A program made the position numbers and the translations under genes. A stretch of DNA of 30,106 bases from the NCBI GenBank assembly GCA_027340875.1, contig DAIENX010000025.1:1-30106 (forward strand). Reading direction: 5' to 3'. This DNA comes from Elusimicrobiota bacterium (lineage in GTDB: Bacteria > Elusimicrobiota > Elusimicrobia > Elusimicrobiales > UBA9959). A model generated the notes under the pieces. That model did not search any database. It saw only the letters and a list, made by a program, of their open reading frames with translations, and was not told where the DNA came from. This document shows, in pieces, positions 18,549 to 25,782 of this stretch (position 1 is the first letter of the stretch; every line of letters begins with the position of its first letter).

Positions 18549-21260
18549 CTATTTGATCTCCCAGTAGCCGCCGGAGTCGGTGCGGGATATCCTGGGGGAG
18601 TTCCCCTCCAGCGCCACCTTCTCGTAGACCGAGGAATTCTCCTCGCGCCTGATGTTCTTCTTGTAGATCCGGCTTCGGATGGCTATGTTGTAGGAGGCGG
18701 TGTAGAGGCCGGGAGCTTCGCTGATGACGTTCAGGTTGGAGATCGTGACCCCTATTTCGTCATAGATGCGGAAGATGTTGCGGAAATGTTCCTCCAGGTC
18801 GGAAGCGCTGGTGCCGTCGCCGGCCGTCCAGTCCTCCGAGATGTAGGACATCGTCCTGGCCGTGTCCCGGCTCTCGTAGGCGCGAGCGAAGTCCTCGTAC
18901 ATCTTCTTCACCGCGGCTGCGCCGGGGTCGCGCTTGTCCTGCGCGTCCCGGAGCTCTTTCAGGCGCCTTGCCTCGGTGAGCTCCTTGCCGGCCGGCGAGA
19001 CCCAGAAGTCGTCGCTGACCTTGTCCATGGCCTGCATTTTACTGCTGACCGTTACCGGCCAGAAGCCGGGGCCGAAGAGCAGCGGCTGCTTGCCTTCTAC
19101 CATCGGGCCGGAACGCGTGTTCTTTATCGTGAGCTTCTGCGGCTTCAGTTCCTCTGCCGGGTCGAAGAAGTAGGTGCTGGTGACCTCTTCCTGTATGGCG
19201 CGGACCTTTTCCATCGCGGCGGTGTGCATGTCCCCCACCTTCGCGAAGGCCTTGCCGTAATCCTCCGGCGACGCGTTCTTCAGCGACTGGATATCCAGGC
19301 CGGCGTAGCCGGCTTTCATGGCGGCCGTGCCGGCGGCTGCGGCGTCCAGCATGCGCTTCTCGGCCGAGCGCAGGTAGCGCAGGGCCTCTTCGCCGCCGAA
19401 GGCAGCCTCGGCGGCTCCGGCCATGACGCCGTCCAGGTTGGCCGTTTCCGGGGCCTGCGGGCGGTAGGAGCCTTCTTCGAGCGGCTTGAGCAGGGCGCTC
19501 ATGGCGGCCTTATGTCCCGCGTCGTGCGCCATCACGGCGATGTTGCGGGCTTCTGAGAGCAGCGGGTCATCGGCCATCGCGCTGAGCTTCTCGTATTTTT
19601 CGGCCAGCGAGGCGGCGAGCAGCGCGGCTTCTTTATGAGAGGCCAGCGCTTCCGTATAGGCGCGGCGGGCGGCGGCGACCTTGGGTTCCAGGTCGGCCAG
19701 GTCGTGCTTGCCGCCGTAGGAGAACTCCGCTGCGAATTCGTGCGGCAAGCCCGACGCCGCCTCCAGCTTCTTGCCCAGGCTCTCGGCCAGGGCCGCCAGC
19801 CGGGCCGAAACGGCCGGAGCTTCGGTTTTGTAGGCCTTGTCCTGCGCCGCGTAGGCGCCGGCGAAGGCCGAAGCCTCGGAGTAGACGGCGGCCTTCTGAC
19901 CGGCCGCTGCCGCGGCCAGTGACGAGAATTTCCCCTCCATCCCCTCCGTCTCGGCGCGGTAGCGCTCTATGAAACCCAGTTCGCCCGCGTACGAGGACCA
20001 CAGCTGCGTGGACTGTACTTCGGGGGCGTCCGGCACGAAGTAGCCCGCCGGCCTGTAGCGCTGTACGGCGGAGCGCCATTGCCCGGCCAGCTCCGCCATG
20101 CGCCCCAGCGGAGCTTCGGCCGCCGTCTTTATTTCTGTACGGCGCTGCTCCAGGGCCGCGCGGTAATCGGCCAGGGCTTTGACCATGTACTGCGCGCCCT
20201 CTTCCAGCTCCTGGTAATGCGAGTAGGAACCGTTCCCGGCCAGGCCGGCCTGGTCGTTCTGAAGCCTGCGCTGCAACTGCTCGGCGTCGCCGGGACTGCC
20301 GGTCTGCGCGTACTTGAGCTTGCCGAGCGACTCGCGCCCGGCCTTCTCCTCCGCCCAGTATTTATCGGAAAGTTTCTTGATGTAGGCGGTTATGGCGGCC
20401 TGCATCTTTTTACGCTTCTCCTCCTCGCTCTCCTTCGGGTCCGTCGGCGGCGGGGCCACCTCTGCGTTGCCGGGCACTTCCGTGTTCAGCAGGCCGGCCG
20501 GCTTTTTGAGCCTGGCGGCTTCGTAGGCTTCCTTCTCTTTCTTCTCCTCTTCGGCCTTGAGCTTGGCGGCCTCGGCGCCCAGGGCGCCGGCCTTCTCCAG
20601 TGTCTTGTCGATGAGCTCCGCGGAGGCCTTTATGCCTGCGCCGGTCTGCTCGATGCGGTTGTTGGATTCGTTGAGCAGGTCGCGCAGCTCGGGCAGCTTC
20701 TCCTTGAGAGTGCGGCCGTCGCTCTCGTCCTCCAGCAGCGCCTTGGCCTTGAGCAGCAGGTCTATGTCGCCCTTGCCCAGTTGCGCGCGGATCTCGTTCT
20801 CGTCCACCTTGTTGAAGACGAACATGCCGGCCTTGACCGCGTCGGTATAGCCGGGGGTGCCGGCGACCTCCTTGGCGGCCTCCGTGGCGAGGCCTTTGCC
20901 CAGGTATTTGCCGGCTTCCTTCATGCCGGCCGCCGACATCAGGCTGTTGGCCCCGGCGGCGGCTATCGCGCCGCTGCCCAGCGTGGCTGCCGTAAAGCCG
21001 TATTCCACCACCTTGCAGGCCTTGGAGATGTTGTCCCGCTGTATCATCTCCTCCACCTTGGCCTTGGTCTGCTCCAGCTGGTTGCGCACGGCCAGGTTGG
21101 TGGCCTGCCGCTGCACGCCCTCGGCGAGGTTCTTGCGGTAGGCGCCGGCCTCGCGGTTGAGCCAGCCCAGGTCGTTGGCCGCGTCGGCGTAGGTGCGCTG
21201 CCCGGCCGCGGCCGGCAGGGCGCCGGCGAACAGGATAACGGAAAGGAATATGTGTTTCAC
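18549..21260 (-). CDS. Large secreted alpha-helical/coiled-coil hypothetical protein with C-terminal NTF2/SnoaL-like domain
   Basis: Signal peptide MKHIFLSVILFAGALPAAA, Ala/Glu/Lys-rich helical body, and C-terminal VKKMYEDFARAYESRDTARTMSYISEDW followed by beta-strands; SD AGGAGG. Confidence 0.8.
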   Translation of the reverse strand: MKHIFLSVILFAGALPAAAGQRTYADAANDLGWLNREAGAYRKNLAEGVQRQATNLAVRNQLEQTKAKVEEMIQRDNISKACKVVEYGFTAATLGSGAIAAAGANSLMSAAGMKEAGKYLGKGLATEAAKEVAGTPGYTDAVKAGMFVFNKVDENEIRAQLGKGDIDLLLKAKALLEDESDGRTLKEKLPELRDLLNESNNRIEQTGAGIKASAELIDKTLEKAGALGAEAAKLKAEEEKKEKEAYEAARLKKPAGLLNTEVPGNAEVAPPPTDPKESEEEKRKKMQAAITAYIKKLSDKYWAEEKAGRESLGKLKYAQTGSPGDAEQLQRRLQNDQAGLAGNGSYSHYQELEEGAQYMVKALADYRAALEQRRTEIKTAAEAPLGRMAELAGQWRSAVQRYRPAGYFVPDAPEVQSTQLWSSYAGELGFIERYRAETEGMEGKFSSLAAAAAGQKAAVYSEASAFAGAYAAQDKAYKTEAPAVSARLAALAESLGKKLEAASGLPHEFAAEFSYGGKHDLADLEPKVAAARRAYTEALASHKEAALLAASLAEKYEKLSAMADDPLLSEARNIAVMAHDAGHKAAMSALLKPLEEGSYRPQAPETANLDGVMAGAAEAAFGGEEALRYLRSAEKRMLDAAAAGTAAMKAGYAGLDIQSLKNASPEDYGKAFAKVGDMHTAAMEKVRAIQEEVTSTYFFDPAEELKPQKLTIKNTRSGPMVEGKQPLLFGPGFWPVTVSSKMQAMDKVSDDFWVSPAGKELTEARRLKELRDAQDKRDPGAAAVKKMYEDFARAYESRDTARTMSYISEDWTAGDGTSASDLEEHFRNIFRIYDEIGVTISNLNVISEAPGLYTASYNIAIRSRIYKKNIRREENSSVYEKVALEGNSPRISRTDSGGYWEIK

Positions 21261-21272
21261 GGAGCCTCCTGG

Positions 21273-21300
21273 AAAAAAGGCGCCGGGCTGCCCCGGCGCC
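21273..21300 (-). terminator. Intrinsic terminator inside the three-gene operon
   Basis: Minus strand reads GGCGCCGGG-GCAG-CCCGGCGCC-TTTTTT, 2 nt before the SD of the 903-aa gene. Confidence 0.8.
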
Positions 21301-21315
21301 AGGCCACGCGGGCGC

Positions 21316-22545
21316 TTAGAACTGTTTCACCCGGAACGAGGCCGTCCGGTCGGCGTTGGTCGGGCCGGAGACCATCTCCACGCAGTAGAAGTCCGTTCCG
21401 TAGTTGAAGCAGTAGGAACTGCCGTCGCCGGCGTCCGGCACGGAGGGCTGGCTCGTGTAGCCTGCCGTGTTCCTTACCTCCGCGGAACTCAGCATGGACA
21501 GCGTACTGGAGAACGTCTTCTCCAGGGTAGTTACCAGCCCTATCAGATTGGGGTTGGCATCCGCGTAGAACCAGATGTTCATCCCGCCGCCCGGCGCGCA
21601 GGCCTTGGCGCCGTTGTCGAACTCGTAGGCCGGGGTCTCTCCCGCAGCGCAGGCGATGGTTACCAGGGTGCCCGCGCCCCCGAGGGCGCCCGAGTCGTCG
21701 AGGACGAGGGTAGTGCCGGTGTTGCCCAGCACCGTGCCGCTGGCTACGTTCGAGGCGTCGGAAAGACCGAACATCAGCGGCTGCTTCATGCTGAACAGCG
21801 TCAGTTTGCCTTCCTTTGAGCCGAAGACTAACTCGGTGGAGCCGGAATCCGTGCTGGTGGCGCCGGTCTTGTTGACGGAGACCATGCGGTTATAGGTGAC
21901 CGAAACGAAGACCTTTCCCTGAGCGCCGGCCGCTACGTTGTTCACGGTATAGCGGAGGTTAATGGAGCTGAGGGCGTCGAAGTCTCGCTTCACCGCGCGC
22001 TCGAGTATGTCCTTGTCCCCGGCGAAGTCCTCGCCGACGTAGCCCATGAACCTGGAGAGTTCCTCCTTGTTGTAGGCGTCGAACATCGCGTCCAGCGTTT
22101 CGCGCACCTTGGCCTGGATGTTCTCGGCGGACAGGGTTATCTCCCTGCGGGTCTCGTCGACCTTGTTGGTCTTGCCGGCCGTGTCGGTGACCTCCAGGAG
22201 CATCGGGTACGTCCTGCCCGGTTCCGGCTTGAAGGAGTACTCGAAGGAGCCGTTGTCGGAGAACTTGACGTCCTGCCAGGTGGCCTTGTCGTCCAGGGAT
22301 ATGCGGACTGAACCAACTCCGCCCTTGCCGGCGCTGGCGCGGCCGGTTATCCTGACCTGCCCTCCGGGCGGCAGGGTCTCGGAGAAGACCTTCACTTTCG
22401 GCCCGGTCTCGTCGGCGGAGATGCCGTTGATGTAGAGGTATCTGAGGCCCGCGTCCTGGCCGGATTTACCGAAGATCCACCATTTGGCGTCGGCGGCCCC
22501 GGCGGAGATCAGCAGCGCTGCGGCGAGAGATAGAAGCTTCTTCAT
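21316..22545 (-). CDS. Secreted hypothetical protein: Ig-like domain, NTF2-like domain and Cys-containing C-terminal domain
   Basis: Signal peptide ending ADA, Ig-like pattern ITGRAS..VGSVRISLDDKATW..FEYSF..VTDTAG, NTF2-like VRETLDAMFDAYNKEELSRFMGYVGEDF, and 4 Cys in the last ~115 aa. Confidence 0.8.
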   Translation of the reverse strand: MKKLLSLAAALLISAGAADAKWWIFGKSGQDAGLRYLYINGISADETGPKVKVFSETLPPGGQVRITGRASAGKGGVGSVRISLDDKATWQDVKFSDNGSFEYSFKPEPGRTYPMLLEVTDTAGKTNKVDETRREITLSAENIQAKVRETLDAMFDAYNKEELSRFMGYVGEDFAGDKDILERAVKRDFDALSSINLRYTVNNVAAGAQGKVFVSVTYNRMVSVNKTGATSTDSGSTELVFGSKEGKLTLFSMKQPLMFGLSDASNVASGTVLGNTGTTLVLDDSGALGGAGTLVTIACAAGETPAYEFDNGAKACAPGGGMNIWFYADANPNLIGLVTTLEKTFSSTLSMLSSAEVRNTAGYTSQPSVPDAGDGSSYCFNYGTDFYCVEMVSGPTNADRTASFRVKQF

Positions 22546-22566
22546 ATCGGTTTTTCCCCTTATCCT

Positions 22567-24156
22567 TTAAAAAGCCGTGTTGAGCCCGAGCGTGACGCTC
22601 TTCTCCCGGAAGTTGCGCGACGTGGTCGAGAAAGTATAGTCGTTGAAGTCCGCCCGCAGGAACACGGTGGACTCTTTGATCGAGGCCAGCAGCTTCGGGC
22701 GCCAATAGGCGCTCAGCGCGGCGAAGAACTTGGCGGAGTCGTCGCCTGTTTCCTTGCGCAGCATGTTCTGGCCGAAGCGCACGTCGCCGGTCAGGCTGGC
22801 GGCCGGGGCTTCGCAGCCGAGACCGAGCGAGTATTCGTACAGCTTGTCAGTGGTGTCGGCGAGCTCGTCGCGCGAATACCAGGTGCCCAGGTTGACGGAG
22901 GGCTTCAGAACCACGGAACTGAGCTGGTGCCGCGAGTTCAGCGAGGTGTTGAAGTTCAGCTCCTTCGCGTCGCGCACCGCGGTCTTGGTCCTGTAAAGGG
23001 TGTAACCCAGGTTCGTGTCGGAATCCAGCGGACCGAAGCGGTCCCTGTAGTTCGCGTTCATATAGTGGTCCGCTCCGCTGGAGCCACCGCCGTACTTGCG
23101 GTCGAACTTGTAGGAGAGGTCCGCATAGGAATAGCGCCGGGAGGCGAACGGCTTCTTGACGGCGGCGGATATCTCCGGCTTCCAGTTGCGCACGGTGCCG
23201 GCCGCGGAACTCGCGTCCAGGTTGTTGCGGTACCAGAGCAGGCCGGAGGTCACGGTGACCTGCTTCGAGGCTTTGTAGCGCCACTTGGCCTTCACTTTGC
23301 GGCGGTCCGGGGTTGCCGAGCCAAGCGCGGAGTAGAAGTCGGGTTCTACGTTCTCGTATTCCACCGAGACGCGGCTGGGGTCGGCGTCGCCCACCAGCTC
23401 GAAGTGGGCGGCCGTGCCGTTGGCCGAGACTTGGGCCGCCCCGGCGGACGGGGTCTGCGCCGAGTCGGCCTTGGAGAATTCGCCGTCGGCGGTCAGGCCA
23501 GGCATCGGCACGTAGTTGAAGTCCAGGGTGTAGTTCTTGGCGTCGTAGAGCGGGTCCGTGGGGTTTATCCTGCCGGTATCCTTGCCCGATACCGCGCTCA
23601 GGCCGGCCCAGAGGTCCCCGTTGAAGTTCTCCTTGACGCGCAGGCCGGCCGCCTGGCGGTTCACGGTCCGCGTGACGGGGTCTTTCCAGACCGAATCCCA
23701 GCGCGGGTACGCCCAGCCGAAAACGCCGGTCACTTCGGGCAGCTTCGAGTCCTGCTTCGCGTAGCGGTAGGAGGCTCCTTTCAGGGAAGTGGCGAGCGCG
23801 TACTGCGAAAAAGACTCGAACACGTCGCCGACGGCCAGCGTGTGCACCTTGTCGGACGCGCGGGCCTGGAGGTTCGTAAGGGAGAGATGTTTGGCGTCGT
23901 TGCGGATGTCGTCCGTCGCCTTGCCTCCGGCGGTGTAGCTGTAGGTCCAGCTCCCCCTCGTCCCGCTGCCGTAGACGTTGAGAACGTCCAGGTAATTGAA
24001 ACCCTTCGTGAGCGAGGAGGCGGCCTTGCCGTCGCCCTCTATCGCGTTGCTTACCACGGAGAATTCGTTCGAGGCGTGAAATTCCGCTTCCTGGTCCTGC
24101 TGCGCTGCGGAGGGCGTGACGAAGGCCAAAAATAGTGCAGCCGCTGTTCTGTTCAT
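22567..24156 (-). CDS. Large outer-membrane beta-barrel protein of unknown function
   Basis: Start reassigned to ATG 24156 (G-rich SD, signal peptide MNRTAAALFLAFVTPSAA). Amphipathic Tyr/Gly-rich strands throughout and BAM-type C-terminus SVTLGLNTAF. Confidence 0.8.
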   Translation of the reverse strand: MNRTAAALFLAFVTPSAAQQDQEAEFHASNEFSVVSNAIEGDGKAASSLTKGFNYLDVLNVYGSGTRGSWTYSYTAGGKATDDIRNDAKHLSLTNLQARASDKVHTLAVGDVFESFSQYALATSLKGASYRYAKQDSKLPEVTGVFGWAYPRWDSVWKDPVTRTVNRQAAGLRVKENFNGDLWAGLSAVSGKDTGRINPTDPLYDAKNYTLDFNYVPMPGLTADGEFSKADSAQTPSAGAAQVSANGTAAHFELVGDADPSRVSVEYENVEPDFYSALGSATPDRRKVKAKWRYKASKQVTVTSGLLWYRNNLDASSAAGTVRNWKPEISAAVKKPFASRRYSYADLSYKFDRKYGGGSSGADHYMNANYRDRFGPLDSDTNLGYTLYRTKTAVRDAKELNFNTSLNSRHQLSSVVLKPSVNLGTWYSRDELADTTDKLYEYSLGLGCEAPAASLTGDVRFGQNMLRKETGDDSAKFFAALSAYWRPKLLASIKESTVFLRADFNDYTFSTTSRNFREKSVTLGLNTAF

Positions 24157-24196
24157 GGTTAGGTAGTTTTCCCCCTGTAAAGCCGAGTTTCGGACT

Positions 24197-24225
24197 AAGA
24201 TATCAAAAAATGCGACGGGGCACAA
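24197..24225 (-). promoter_or_regulatory. Putative promoter of the barrel operon
   Basis: Minus strand reads TTGTGC-N17-TATCTT with extended -10 TG. Confidence 0.5.
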
Positions 24226-24246
24226 ATTCTTTAGCAATTTTAAATT

Positions 24247-24255
24247 TGTTATCAT
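24247..24255 (+). promoter_or_regulatory. Putative extended -10 promoter for glutamine synthetase
   Basis: TGtTATCAT in the AT-rich region about 30 nt upstream of the ATG. Confidence 0.4.
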
Positions 24256-24287
24256 TCTTAAAAGTCGCGGACAGCAGGAGCAGGCCC

Positions 24288-25778
24288 ATGACGCAGAAAC
24301 GTATTTACGCCAACAAGATAGCCGCTTTTCTCGGCAAGGAGCCGCGGGATCTCAACCTCGCCGACCTGGTGAAGTATATAAAGGCCAACGGCATCCGCAT
24401 GGTGAACTTCCGCTACGCCGCCGGGGACGGCCGGCTGAAGACGCTGAACTTCATCATTAACGACGAGAAGTACCTGGACCGCATCCTTTCCGCCGGCGAG
24501 CGCGTGGACGGCTCGAGCCTGTTCGGGAACATAGACGCCGGCTCCAGCGACCTGTACGTGGTCCCGCGCTACCGTACGGCCTTCGTTAACCCTTTCTCTC
24601 AGGTCCCGGCCATAGACGTCCTGTGCCACTTCTATACGCCCGACGGCAAACCTTTCGAGAGCTCGCCCGCCGGGATACTGCGCCGGGCCGAGGCGGAGTT
24701 CCGCAAGGTCTCCGGCTGCGAGTTCCACGCCCTCGGCGAGCTGGAATACTACGTTATCTCCCCGAAGAACCTCCTTTACCCGACGGTCACGCAGAAGGGC
24801 TACCACGAGTCCTATCCGTTCTCCAAATGGGAGGGGCTGCGCACCGAGGCGATGGCGGCCATAGCCGAGGCGGGCGGCAGCCTGAAGTACGGCCATTCCG
24901 AGGTCGGCTTCATCCGCGCCGAGGATTCCGAGATGGCCCAGCAGGAGATAGAGTTCCTGCCGGTGCCGGCCTCGGAGGCCGCCGACCAGCTGGCCGTGGC
25001 GAAGTGGCTACTTTCCGGCATCGGCCACAAGTACGGCGTCGTGGTGTCCTTCGCCCCGAAGATCTCCATAGGGCACGCCGGCTCCGGTCTGCACGTGCAC
25101 ACCTGCCTGATGAAGAACGGCAGGAGCGTCATGCTGGAGAAGGGCGGCCTGTCCGCCGCCGCGCTCCGCATGGTAGCCGGCTTCCTTGAGCTGGCCGCGC
25201 CGATGACCGCGTTCGGCAATACGGTGCCGACCTCGTATTTCCGCCTCGTCCCGCACCAGGAGGCGCCCATCAATGTCTGCTGGGCCTACCGCAACCGTTC
25301 CGCGCTGATACGCATCCCGCTGGGCTGGATGAACGCCGCCGGGATGGTCAAGGACGCCAACCCGGGCTCGGCGCCCGCGGCGGTCGAATCCAACCAGACG
25401 GTGGAGGTCCGTTCCGCGGACGGCTCCGCCAACGTCCACCTGCTGCTGGCCGCGCTCTGCGTGGCGGCCCGCCGGGGGTTCGAGCGGAAGGACGCGCTGT
25501 CCTTCGCCGACAGGCATTTCGTGGACAAGAACATCTACGACAAGGCCCACGCGGGACTGCAGCAGAAGTTCCCCAAGCTGCCTTCCTCCTGCTGGGCTTC
25601 CGCCGAGGCGTTAGAGAAGTCGAGGGCCGCCTTCGAGGAGCGCGGCGTGTTCCCCCCGCAGGTCATCGACGGGGCGGTCAAGCGGCTGAAGGCCTATGAC
25701 GACCGCAGCCTGAGCGAGCGCCTTTTCGGCAAGGAAGAGGAGATAAGGAGGCTGGTCGAGACCTACCTCTACTGCTGA
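24288..25778 (+). CDS. glnA: Glutamine synthetase (type I-like)
   Basis: Start reassigned to ATG 24288 (SD AGGAG). Motifs VDGSS, GELEYY, HSEVG, QQEIEF, FAPK..AGSGLHVH, RLVPHQEAP, NRSALIRIP and VEVRSAD. Confidence 0.9.
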   Translation: MTQKRIYANKIAAFLGKEPRDLNLADLVKYIKANGIRMVNFRYAAGDGRLKTLNFIINDEKYLDRILSAGERVDGSSLFGNIDAGSSDLYVVPRYRTAFVNPFSQVPAIDVLCHFYTPDGKPFESSPAGILRRAEAEFRKVSGCEFHALGELEYYVISPKNLLYPTVTQKGYHESYPFSKWEGLRTEAMAAIAEAGGSLKYGHSEVGFIRAEDSEMAQQEIEFLPVPASEAADQLAVAKWLLSGIGHKYGVVVSFAPKISIGHAGSGLHVHTCLMKNGRSVMLEKGGLSAAALRMVAGFLELAAPMTAFGNTVPTSYFRLVPHQEAPINVCWAYRNRSALIRIPLGWMNAAGMVKDANPGSAPAAVESNQTVEVRSADGSANVHLLLAALCVAARRGFERKDALSFADRHFVDKNIYDKAHAGLQQKFPKLPSSCWASAEALEKSRAAFEERGVFPPQVIDGAVKRLKAYDDRSLSERLFGKEEEIRRLVETYLYC

Positions 25779-25782
25779 GCCT

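Noticed and set aside
18516..24135. Plus-strand ORFs 18516-19556, 20079-21407 and 22927-24135
   Set aside because: Antisense shadows. The minus-strand genes have signal peptides, SD sites and operon spacing.
24217..24236. Possible sigma54 promoter upstream of glnA (GGCAC...)
   Set aside because: No TTGC at the required -12 spacing.
24135..24287. Overlapping upstream extensions of glnA (from 24135) and of the barrel gene (from 24255)
   Set aside because: This is the AT-rich divergent promoter region. SD-preceded ATGs at 24288 and 24156 fit better.
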